Assembly (NCBI GenBank): GCA_028534125.1
Contig: CM052817.1
Coordinates: forward strand, 22,570,001 to 22,634,000
DNA length: 64,000 bases
Reading direction: 5' to 3'
Source of the DNA: Lama glama
Lineage: Eukaryota
The notes beneath the pieces are model-generated. The model was not told where the DNA came from. It was given only the letters and a program-made list of their open reading frames with translations, and made no database searches. Every line of letters begins with the position of its first letter. Position 1 is the first letter of the stretch. The translations under genes were made by a program, and so were the position numbers. Below are positions 52,401 to 64,000 of this stretch, in pieces.

Positions 52401-54639
52401 GCAGAAAATCAGAAGGTTAAGGTTGTTGTGAGCCTAAAACTGGTAACGCAGGAAGCTCTGCCACAGCATAGGTGCTCAGTCTACATTTTCAATTGCTATT
52501 TTTATTAACAATTCTCATATTTGATGAGATTCCCCTTTTATTAGCATATTCCAAGAATATTGAGAGAATGGCTCTAATTTTATCAGACTTTCAAAAACTT
52601 CTGAATAGGCTCCAATACATAAAATTAACTTCTAAAAAAAAGGTACACAGCTATTCATCTATATATTTTTTAAAGCATATCTTATTTGGTTTCCTGTATT
52701 TTATTCCTAAGTCTCTTTTGTAAGTTTACAGTACCTTACTTTTTCCATCCATAAAATGAGAAATAATTGCCACCTATACACCTCACAGGATATTGTGAAA
52801 ATTAATGAGGTAATATGTATGAAGCTCTAGAAGCCTTTAAATAGTGCTATAAAAATGAGGATTTTATACCTGTGTGTGGGTCCTACCTATTTTTCTGAAT
52901 GGCTTCCAGCATGGTGACAAAAGAAATGATAGATAAGTGAATAGGTAGGCAGATGGGAGAGAAGGTGGGAGAAAGAGAGAAAAAATAGAATAATAAATTA
53001 TAGAAGAAATTATTGGTTTCAAAATTGTAATGAAAGTGTCTTTTTTACTTCCTGATCACAGGTATTTTCAATCATATGCAAACCTGTATTTGACAGTTAT
53101 CTGGTTTCTTCTTGTATTTTTGGACTGATTAAGGGGATATTAATTAGATCTTCATAATTCATTTGACACATTTTTAACTTCTAATGTATATATGATTGTT
53201 TTTTATAATGAAAACATCCACTAAAAATAAGACAATTTTCTATGTATTTTATCAATCTCTTCTCTCCTTATCCAATCTATATCTTTCAGATTATCAATGC
53301 TTTAATATTTTTATTTTGTACACATGCAAGTGTTTGTGTGTATATAAATGCAAGAACATATAATTAAAATGGAATATTTTCTAGCTGATGTTCAGTGACA
53401 AACAAAGTACAAGAAAAAAAGCATATGTGACAAATTATATCAAATTTCCAAACAGAGGGATAAATCATGTGAACAATATTTTCATATGTTTAACACATAA
53501 AACCACCCATAAGACCCATATTTAACTATACCCACCTTAAATCCAGTCCAATAAAGGCTCTTAAGCAATTATGAAAGAGGCTGGGAATTTACAGAGAAAC
53601 TTTGGTGAGCTCCTATAAGGTAGGGATGGGGGAAGTTTGTTCGTATGGCGAGCCTGGTGGGCACAACACAGAGAGCTTCCGTATGCCCTTGGAACTTGGT
53701 GAACACAGTATTTGGAATCTGATTCACACCTTATCATTCCAAAGCATTAAAGACTGGCTTTACTGTCTTGAGACAGTGGAATAGAAAACATTGATTCAAA
53801 AGTAACTCCATTCACATTAATCGGGGATTAAAGTTGCATATTTCTCATTGATACAATCACCTGGATTATTTAACCAATGTGTCATAAAAGTCAAATGGAG
53901 AAGCAAAAGCATTGAAATATAGAGGAGGAGGAATGTAGATGAATCCTCAGAAACTGAGGAAGGATCCTTCCAAGTGACACACCAGGAGATAGGCAGGACT
54001 GTCACTGCATGTGAGAGACTCAGAGTGAGCAGAGGGGTTTTCTAGGAAGACAACACAGAAGTGCTCCCAGCGGAATGAAGGGGGCCGTCCACCGCGGCTG
54101 CACTCTGTACTCTCCCCGCCACGTCCCCTGAACACTGCTCACCTCGCTCCACCACAGTGTCCCATCAGTCAGAGGCAGTGTCCTGAGTGGAGACGACCAC
54201 GGCAGGGGAGACAGTGAAGGAGCTGACTCTGAACTCTTCCCCTTGCAGGCTCCTCAACACTGAAGTAGTCAAGAGCAACGAAATGAGAATTTTAAGTTTA
54301 GAGTTCTGAACTTTCAAGATTCTGGACATTTTATTAAAATGAGTCTGTTTGAACTTGAAGTCATGTGAGCATTTTTTTTTTAGTACCTGAGAACTGTAAG
54401 ACAAGCCAAGGAATATGCCTTAAATTTTATCCAAGAGCAAAGAGGAATGGATCTCCAAAGCAGTATGAACAGGAAGTAGGAGGAATAAATCAAGTTTTCC
54501 ATTGTACCTGAGTCTCTACTCCATGGAGAATCTTTGGTGAGCTACAGGTCTTACTAATTCACATACACCTACTCACACACAACACAAACACCTGTGTACA
54601 TATGCTTCTTTCCTTAGTTTATACAGAAACATATTCCGA

Positions 54640-54890
54640 ATGATTATATAGAGCATACCATGTGCCAGGATTGTTCTAAGAAAATTTGCACCTCATGTAT
54701 ATGAACATATTTAATCCCTGAAATAGCATGAAGTATTGATTATATCTAATTATTATTACTCCCACTTTACAAGTTAGGAAATTGAATACAGAGTAATTAA
54801 ATCACTGTAAAAGTTTACATAGCTGGAAATGGGGAAAGGCAGGATTAAGATGTAGGCAGGCATTCTGGCTTCAGAATGACTACTTTTGAC
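54640..54890 (-). mobile_element. MIR (further MIR remnants near 1940-2140, 36890-37030, 52730-52850 and 55730-55930)
   Basis: MIR core CCCACTTTACAAGTTAGGAAATTGA..AGAGTAATTAAATCACT. Confidence 0.6.
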
Positions 54891-55934
54891 TAATATACCA
54901 TATAGCGCATCTTCTTTGTTCAGGTATTTATAAATGTACCTATGCAAATATATGAATATGCATATATGTGATTCTGTGTATTTGTGTATTTATGTATATA
55001 TACATATAGTATTTTCATCCTTGTTACTCTTTTAATAAACTTCAATTATTTTGGAGAAATACTCAGAGTGCTTCAGCTATTCCACTTTCATCAGAGACAA
55101 TACACTAACTCAGGCTTTTCCATAAATTTTATAAATAGGAAATGGCATTTCCTTCTACTATTTACAGGGGCAGGGAGATAGGTAGAAAAGATCAAAGAAA
55201 ACATAGGTCTTAAAGCTTAAGTTTACTTGATAACACTTGGGTGATATTTCAGACTGACATATTTTCAACACTCATGGAGGTTATATGAAAATTCCTTCTA
55301 AGTCTGTTTTGCTTGTTTTCTTCTATAAGTGAAACAATTTGAATTAGATTAATTTTTATTTCACCTAAATTGCTCTAGATGAATTGAGTAATACAGAAAT
55401 ATACACTCTTCCTCTGTATTATCAAAAAAAAAAAAAAAGAATGGACATGCTTTACACCTTAGTGTGCTACAGTAGTAGAAGGTACTTAAGTGTTTTTTAT
55501 GCCCAAATAGGACATTAGGATCTTCTCATGACCCTCTTGAGTGAGGTTATGTGAGACATTTGTATCATTTAACCTGGCTTTAAAGTGACTTCCCTTACAT
55601 ATACTATGTTTTGGGGGTATGATCACACTACCCATTTTAAATGTTTTATTATTATGAAAGTATTATCATTATCAATGTGGAGTATGGAAAGTGGAGGAAA
55701 GTGGCTGGAAGCAGCCCATCATGGTGTTTCAAAGAATAGACTTTGGAGCTGGAATGTGCCCTGAGACTGCAGTTTGGCTCCGCCAGTATCTGTCTTTGTC
55801 CCTAACCAGTTATTTAACCCATTTGTGCTCTAGTTTCTTCATGTGAATGATGGAGATAATAATAGCAATAACTCAGACCTCTTTGAGAAAACTTAAGTGA
55901 GTTGATATTTATGAACTCTTAAAACAGCCACCCA

Positions 55935-56080
55935 GGGGGGAGGGTGTAGCTCAAGTGGTAGAGCACACGCTTAGCATGCACAGGGTCCTGTGTTCAATCC
56001 CCATCCTCCTCTAAAAAATAAATAAATAAACCTAACTACCTTCCCTTCCAAAAAAAAAATTCTCTAGGGAAAAAAAAAAC
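55935..56080 (+). mobile_element. tRNA-derived SINE, Vic-1-like, inserted in a MIR
   Basis: GGGGAGGGTGTAGCTCAAGTGGTAGAGCAC..GTTCAATCCCC (A and B boxes), then AAATAAATAAACCTAACTACC and A tails. Confidence 0.85.
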
Positions 56081-57124
56081 CCAGTCATCCAGCACATAAT
56101 AAGCAAGAAAGAAACAAAATTTTTGTTAAGCAAAATATTTTCTTGTTAGTTAAGGTTAAACTGAAGTGTGTACATTTTTCTTGATGTTTTTCATATGGTC
56201 TTGAGCTATAATTCATATTGTATATTAACATCTCCTATATTTCACATTTACATCTCGTATTTCATTGAATCAGTTACTTTTTTTTAACTTTAGAGAACAT
56301 TAAAGAAGTATGTTGGCCAACAAAATCAAACTAAATAGCAAACATTAAAAACTGGAAAAGTTTATACATTAATCTAGAGGGACAGTCACACAGAAGAAAG
56401 ACTAGAATACACTGTCCACAGATCATCCTTTTTCTATAGCATTCTAGTGGCATTGAAGAGGAACGCTGGTGTGAAACCAAGACAGAGATAAAATTCAGTG
56501 GAGGTGAAGTACCAAGAGAAGGGATCAACAAGGAGCTATTACGTAGGAAAGCAGTAAGGCACAGTTGCATTTGGAAAGGACAGTTTACAGAGTTGCAGTC
56601 TGAGATTCAGTCAGGGCCGGATTCACATGTGGTGAGCTGGGTGGAGTAAGGTCCAGCCTTGGGAAAGACAGAGTTGGAAATTGGAGGGTCTGATGGGAGT
56701 CACGTGATCCACCTGTGACTGGAAGGTCTGTAATGGAAGGTCTTCTTACTGGCAGTAAATAACACTTTTTTCCCTTTTTTCCAATTGTGTTCATCTTCCA
56801 CTGCTTTGAGAGTAATTAATAAGGATATAAGGCAGATCTGAGTCTAGAACAATTCGGCAACTTTACTCAGAAGGAAAGAGACAGTCACTTAATAGCTTTC
56901 TTAATTCACCTAGTGTTTCTGCTGTTCAGCACAGAAAATTTGGCTATTTCAAATCCTACCAATTTTGAAGTAAAAAAAATTCTTGAGACAATTGCATGTA
57001 ATTTGTCATTGTTTGTAAAGTAGAGGACTTTGTGGCAATTGAAACGGGTCAAGTCTAGCCTTTTTGGCATCCTCAGGCTAGGTGGATTGTGTCAATTAGC
57101 AAAGTGTGCCTGTGCAAAGTAAGT

Positions 57125-57600
57125 GCATTCACTTTCTATTACTGCATAACAAATGACTACAAAGTAGCTTAAAATGACATAAATTTCTTATCTCAAGGTT
57201 TTCTCAGAATTTCAGGCACAGGTTAGCTGAAACCTCTCCTTGAGTCTCACCAGGCTGAAACCAAGGTGACAGACTGGGCTACAATCTCATGTGAGGCTCA
57301 ACATCCTCTTCTGAATTCATTCAGGATGTTCCCACAATTCAGTCACTTGGGGTTGTAGGACTGGAGGGCTCGCCTTCTTGCCAGCTGTTCGCTATGGTTG
57401 CTGTCAGGTTTTAGAGGCCACCAGAGGCCCTCACCACATGGTCCTCTGACAACACGACCGCTTACTTCTTCAAAAGTAGCCAGAGAATCTCTTTTCAGTC
57501 AGCCAGCTACAATATATTTCAGTATCATATGATGCAATCATGGAGCAACTATTCCATTATATTCACAGGTCCCACCCATACTCAAAGGAGCCACCTAAAA
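57125..57600 (-). mobile_element. MaLR LTR (MLT1G/H-like)
   Basis: TTTCTATTACTGCATAACAAATGAC..GAGTCTCACCAGGCTGAAACCAAGG..CACAGGTCCCACCCATACTCAAAGG. Confidence 0.65.
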
Positions 57601-57966
57601 ATCCTCCTATGATAAACAGGGAGTAGAGGAGACAGTGGTAAACATAAAATCAAATACACTTTCCAAATTGACAGCTGCTACTGAGTTCCAGCCAATGTTG
57701 CCATATGATAATCAAAGCCCAATGTTCCAATTTTTAAAGTGATGCGGTAAATCTAGAGTTTTCTATTATACTTTCCAGAATGTAAAATAGGCCAAGCATT
57801 CCGTTATTATGACCTCTAGACTATTCTAGACTAGAATAAAGTATAAAGCTGCCTATTGTAGGAATTTAGTCATACCTCCACGGATTAGAAAGTGAGATCT
57901 AAAAAAATACAATAATGTGAAGAAGAAAACATGAATATACACAAAATGCCAAATAAAGGTTTTCTT

Positions 57967-57972
<6 letters not shown>

Positions 57973-58001
<29 letters not shown>
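57973..58001. repeat. (TG)n microsatellite (others near 15878-15900, 59317-59335 and 59605-59630)
   Basis: Directly visible. Confidence 0.9.
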
Positions 58002-58117
58002 CTGTGTTTAATTGATTATCTTTTTAGAAGAGGATGAGCTCTGTTACTGTCTTTGAAAACTTCCGGGAGAAAAAGGGATTCTGAACTGAAACTTGACATA
58101 AATAGAATGTTCTAATA

Positions 58118-58422
58118 CAGAGATCAGCAAACGACACCACATGGCTTAAACATTACGTGTGAGCTAAAACATTTTACATTTTAAATGTTTGAAAAAAATC
58201 AAATCAAGAGTAATATTTCATGACACATGAAAATCAGTAAAATCCAAATTTCTCAGTCCATCATTGAAATGTTACTTGAACAAGGTCACACTCACTTGTT
58301 TACATTTTGCTAGTGACTGTTTTAAGACGTTACAGTAGAGTTGTTGCAGCAGAGACCATAGTAGCCAGCTGAAAATACCTATTATCTAGCCTTTTACAGA
58401 AAAAAAAATTGCTGACTTTTGT
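58118..58422. mobile_element. hAT-Charlie MITE, MER58B-like
   Basis: Degenerate terminal inverted repeats CAGAGATCAGCAAA ... TTGCTGACTTTTG; internal CCTTTTACAGAAAAA. Confidence 0.7.
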
Positions 58423-59603
58423 TCTAGTAGAAAATTATGGGACAGAATTGAGTGTCAGTACTTAAACACACACACACACATTCACAAATGATGGCTTCTG
58501 TACTCAGGGAAATAAGATAGTAAGGAAAACTCTTAGCATGTGTTAGAAAGTGACCCGCTTTCCCTCCTGGTCAACTGAAAAGAAAGCAGCTTCCGCATGG
58601 CACCCACATCACCATTCACTCTGTATGTCACCAGACAACGAGGGTGTCCTATTCTTGGTTGACCCACACCCTGTCCTGGCTTCAGTATCTCTCTCACTGT
58701 TGAGACTTTCTTAATAACACTAATCTCATACACTCCCAGCATCTGAAGCTGTTTGCAACTCATGTTATATCAGATGAACTGCTTCTCCTCTTACTGACAA
58801 TGGTAGGTTAATTATATTAGTTTCTCAGAAGCAGTGGCAGCTGTAAATGACAGCTCTAAGTATGAGAGAGTCTACAGAGGAGGGCTTGGAGAAAACAGCC
58901 GTGGGAATCTCCTTTCTTTGGAGACACTGAGATACAAAGAGTAGTGAACGAAACTCTCATTCTCCTTTCGGATATTTTATTCTGGACATGATTCAGCATT
59001 ACAGAAATATTCACACTAATGAGGTTTTTTTCTTTTTTGATGCAAACAGATACAGAATAACTGGAATGCCAAGATAGACAAGCTGGGATGTCCAACAAGT
59101 TAATATATCATGTTATAATTGTAACAGAACACATATCATACACATACACTGTTGTTGAATAAATCTTTCTTATTTTAGTCATAAAATACCATTATTTTGT
59201 AGTAAAACACAGACATCACTAAACCCATATCATTTTAATATGGATAAAAAGGCCATTAATGGGGAAAAAAAAACCCTCAAAATGCCAACAAAATGTGGCC
59301 ATAGGAACGAGAAGGGTGTGTGTGTGTGTGTGTGTAAGGATGGTATTGGGAGTAAGTTAATGGGTAGCAAAATATTTAAACATAACTATATTTGGTCATC
59401 AGATTTTTAAAACACGTGTTCTGTGTTTTATGTATAAACATAGTTCTCTAATCAATAGTTTGCTAATTAAAGGAATGTTGCTTTCTTAGTAAAAATATTT
59501 ATATTTAAAAAAAGTGTTTTGTGAAGCTAACCAAGAATAAATTATCTTTCTTTTATTCTTTAATTTCCAGAGCTAACATCTAATTTATTCTTCAAAGGGA
59601 AAT

Positions 59604-59634
<31 letters not shown>

Positions 59635-60300
59635 ATCTTTCCTGTTTTAAGAAGTTGGTGGATGCAGGCTCATATTTGGAAATGTGAAAATTTAGTTTAA
59701 AAATTATTTTAAGTTTCTTTTTTTATGGGTGTGGGTATTTTTCTGTTAGTATTTCATTTGGGATTGGGGAAATTACACATAGGCCTATCACCCAAGGAAA
59801 GATAAAGTCATAGAAACATACTCATATTACTGAATGCTCCCCAGCAATAAAGGAGTGAAACTTTGACATCCAACAACATGGATGAAACCCAAACACATGT
59901 TGAAGGAGAAAGGAAGCCAGATTCAGAATTAGTCTATTATAGAATTTTAAAAAGTAGCTACCTCTGGAAGACAGGTTTTGATTGAAAGGGGATAGGAGAG
60001 AATTTTCTGGATTGATAGAAATTTTCTATATGCTGTTATAGTTTCAAAGGCATATCCAATTATCAAAACTCCAACTTAAGACTTAAGATGCCTGCAGGTT
60101 ATTACACATGTATAGATATAAAAAATCAGAAGGAAATGAATTAAAGTGGCTGTCTGGTTTATCATTACTAAGTTTCCATTTATTCTAATTTTTGCTGCTT
60201 AATTTTTTTTCTGAAAAAGCTTTAACATTTATATATTTATAACTATGCATGTATGCATCCATATATAATTATAACTATAAATTTGAATAACGTATGTGTT

Positions 60301-62191
60301 TCTCTTTTGTATTTATGTTTTGTTTGTTTGTTTGTTTTTGTTTTGTTTTTAGATTCCACATACCAGTGATCTCATATGGTATTTTTCTTTCTCTTTCTGG
60401 CTTACTTCACGTAGAATGACATTCTCTAGGAGCATCCATGTTGCTGCAAATGGCATTATGTGGTCGGTTTTTATGGCTGAATAGTATTCCATTGTATAAA
60501 TATACCACCTCTTCTTTATGCAGTCATCTGTTGATGGACATTTAGGCTGTCTCCATGTCTTGGCTATTGTAAACAGTGCTGCTATGAACATTAGGGTGCA
60601 GGTGTCGTTTTGGAGTAGGGTTTCTTCTGGATATATGCCCAGGAGCAGGATTCCTGGGTCATATGGTAAGTCTAGTCCTAGTCTTTTGAGGAATCTCCAC
60701 AGTTTTCCACAGTGGCTGCACCAAACTGCATTCCGACCAGCAGTGTAGAAGGGTTACCCCCTTCTCCACAGCCTCTCCAGCATTTGTCGTTTGTGGATTT
60801 TTGAATGATGACCATTCTGACTGGTGTGAGGTGATACCTCATTGTAGTTTTGATTTGCATTTCTCTGATAATTAGTGATATTGAGCATTTTTTCATGTGC
60901 CTATTGATCATTTGTATGTCTTCCTTGGAGAATTGCTTGTTCAGGTCTTTTGCCCATTTTTGGATTGGGTTGTTTGGTTGTTTCTTATTAAGTTGTATGA
61001 GCTGCTTATATATTCTGGAGATCAAGCCTTTGTCAGTTTAATTTGCAAAAACTTTCTCCCATTCCGTAGGTTGTCTTTTTGTTTTACTTCTGGTTTCCTT
61101 TGCTGTGCAGATGCTTGTCAGTTTCATCAGGTCCCATTTGTTTATTCTTGCTTTTATTTCTATTGCTTAAATAGACTGTTCTAAGAGAACATTTTTGAGA
61201 TGTATGTCAGATAATGTTTTACCTATATTTTCTTCTAGGAGGTTTATTGTATCTTGTCTTATGTTTAAGTCTTTGATCCAATTTGAGTTTATTTTTGTGT
61301 ATGGTGTAAGGGAGTGTGCTAGCTTCATTGCTTTACATGCTGCTGTCCAGTTTTCCCAACACCATTTGCTGAAGAGACTGTCTTTATTCCACTGTATATT
61401 CTTGCCTCCTTTGTCGAAGATGAGTTGACCAAAAGTTTGTGGGTTCATTTCTGGGCTCTCTGTTCTGTTCCATTGGTCTATATGTCTGTTTTTGTACCAA
61501 TACCATGCTGTCTTGATGGCTGTAGCTCTATAGTATTGTCTGAAGTCTGAGAGTTATTCCTCTAGCCTCTTTCTTTCTCTTCAGTAAAACTTTGGCCAAT
61601 TCTAGGTCTTTGATGGTTCCATATAAATTTTATTATGATTTGTTCTAGTTCTGTGAAATATGTCCTGGGTAATTGGATAGGGATTGCATTAAATCTGTAG
61701 ATTGCCTTGGGCAGTGTGACCATTTTAACAATATTGATTCTTCCAATCCAAGAGCATGGNNNNNNNNNNNNNNNNNNNNNNNNNNNNNNNNNNNNNNNNN
61801 NNNNNNNNNNNNNNNNNNNNNNNNNNNNNNNNNNNNNNNNNNNNNNNNNNNNNNNNNNNGAACATTAATCTTGTAACCCGCTACCTTGCTGAATTCTTCG
61901 ATTGGCTCTAGTAGTTTTTGTGTGGACCTTTTAGGGTGTTCTATATATAGTAACATGTCGTCGGCATATAGTGACACTTTTACCTCTTCTTTTCCAATTT
62001 GGATCCCTTTTATTTCTCTCTCTTGCCTGATTGCTATGGTTAGGATTTCCAAGACTATGTTGAATAGGAGTGGAGATAGTGGGCATCCTTGTCTTGTCCC
62101 AGATTTTAGTGGGAAGCTTTTGAGTTTTTCACCTTTGAGTACTATGTTGGCTGTAGGTTTGTCACATATAGCTTTTATTATGTTGAGATAC
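60301..62191 (-). mobile_element. 5'-truncated L1 ORF2 (RT C-terminal half to cysteine-rich end), with frameshifts
   Basis: [58 protein letters not shown]. Confidence 0.97.
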
Positions 62192-63419
62192 GAACAACAT
62201 ATTTGTTGAAGGAAACTAAGGTTTTTGTCTTTCATTGCTAAGAAGAAAATGTAAGAGTTCACAGAAGATATGGATAGACATGCCTGATTATTCCCTGTCC
62301 TTGGAGTTCAACTTTTGTTGCTGTTGTTTGTTTGTTCAATTTTTGCAGAGAGTGTTTTTCTACCCCTCTGATCTGATGATTGAAACTCTCTATTCAGCCC
62401 TCTCCTGTAGATGGACTCAGGATCAGATAACACAGACTGGTGTATAGATTCTTAAAATTATTGGTATGAAAATGTTGAGAAAGATAAAGAGAGGGATAGA
62501 GATAGAAAAAGAGGCAGATAAGATATTTCAAAAAGTAAGTACATTCTTCAGGAGTTTGGATTAAAAAAGTACAGAAAAATAGAGAGTAGTTGGAGAAGGC
62601 TGTAACAAGAGAAGATTTTTGTTTGTGTTTGCTTTTATGTGAGCAATTATATCAACAACTATTTTGTTCACTAGTACATATTTAATAATATAGGAACAAG
62701 TGAAAAATCAGGAGATATTTTAACTGTGGAAATTATGTAAAATGACTAACTTTGTAGAATTCTTAAAAAAGTGATTCTGGATTATCAGTAAGAACCTAAC
62801 ATTCAAAAAATCAAAAGAAAATATTTGAGACTAAGATCTAGACTGAACAAGAACATACCATAATTTTTATTTGTTTTATGCAGTAAGGTTCAGATGCACT
62901 TTTGTATATTTACGATGTGAGGAATACATTCATATTTTTGGAAATTTTTTAATAAATTTAATAAAAGGTTCCCAATTTATTAACTACTTACAAATCTTGA
63001 GAGGCCAAAATTGTTTTCTTTTCCCCATTATAATACAAGAGCAGGAAAGGAAATAGAATTGTTATTCTTCCTACTACTTGTTAAATGTTTTATTGGAAAG
63101 ATTATTTGTTATATATAATTCTGGTTATCTATATATGACTAGATTAAGGGTCCAAAAGACCACACATCAGAAACCCAAAATTTATATATCTTACTTCAAC
63201 TAATTATGTGCTCAAGCAATCCAGTGTACCACCCCCAAATTATGCTCTTCTCCAGATTCTTATGGCCCAGTCTGCTCTTCAGTTCTTAGCCACTTATTCA
63301 TTGGAAAAAATCCAACTACCACATTCACCCATTCACCATACTTGCCCTAATAAGCAGTTTTCTTAGCCTCCTTGGAGCTAAGGCTTTAGCTTTGTCTGAC
63401 CTCTTTGTGCCACCAACAC

Positions 63420-63850
63420 AGCTCATGTGTCCAATGCAACCCAACCTATGGAGACCCGAGTCCCTTCCATCACTTCTGGGCTTAGGTCACACTTGCAGGA
63501 TGTGGATCTGGACTTCTCAACAGTTATTTATAGGTGCACCTCCTAGAAGTCTGGAGGAATTAATACCCCATAGGGGTAATACCCAGTGAGGAGATGAGAA
63601 GGAATTAGCAGATTAGTCCTTCTTCCTTCCTCATCATGAGAGGCTCCAAAGAACAACAGTCGGTGTGGTTCTTCTGGAACACATCCTCCCCGACGGAGCA
63701 ACTAGCTGTGCTTTCTTTGGAAACTGAGGTAAGTTTCCTAAAACAACAAATTCCCTTCTTTCTTGCTCTGTCTTGGTATGCATCACACAATAAAGCTTAA
63801 GTATATAAGTTTGCCTCAGGCTTTGTTTTCTAAGGAACTTTGCCTAAGAT
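63420..63850 (+). mobile_element. Old ERVL-type LTR fragment (LTR16/LTR33-like)
   Basis: 3' end CAATAAAGCTT..TTGCCTCAGGCTTTGTTTTCTAAGGAAC..CTAAGA. Confidence 0.45.
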
Positions 63851-64000
63851 ATTTAGCAACAATAATCTCAGATTAATCAGATCATATTTAGAACTTGTGC
63901 TGGCAAATGGTACGAAATGAAACATTATCTGGGGAGAAATCTCTGTAGGTATCAGAGGAGATTGAGCATGATAGGGATGAAATGTAAGCTCAGGTTAGGT

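Noticed and set aside
54030..54260. CpG island or promoter
   Set aside because: Too short, and no linked gene is visible.
55935..56005. tRNA gene
   Set aside because: The A and B boxes belong to a SINE head with an A-rich tail and paralogues at 5.5 kb and 33.9 kb.

Overview
AT-rich, repeat-dense mammalian intergenic or intronic DNA, most likely camelid (tRNA-derived Vic-1-like SINEs), with five N-gaps and no recognisable host exon. The main structure is a gamma-like (class I) endogenous retrovirus on the minus strand at 41054-47494. It has two LTRs, a 4-bp AGGC target-site duplication, a tRNA-Thr primer-binding site, a decayed gag, a pro-integrase fusion lacking RT/RNase H, and an env lacking SU. 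The key observation is a 434-bp insert in the gag capsid region (44699-45143) that reads as spliced, circularly permuted ATXN7 (ataxin-7) sequence. The 3' end of the zinc-finger coding exon (FQSHY-G) is joined to an upstream 5'-UTR-like exon, as at a back-splice junction, and the insert makes exactly one lap between two copies of an 11-nt gag/ATXN7 microhomology. This looks like retroviral capture of a circular RNA by reverse-transcriptase template switching. The rest of the window is ordinary L1, L2, MIR, MaLR, ERVL and DNA-transposon debris, plus one strong RFX/forkhead composite motif. Family names and ATXN7 exon boundaries come from recall, not from a search.
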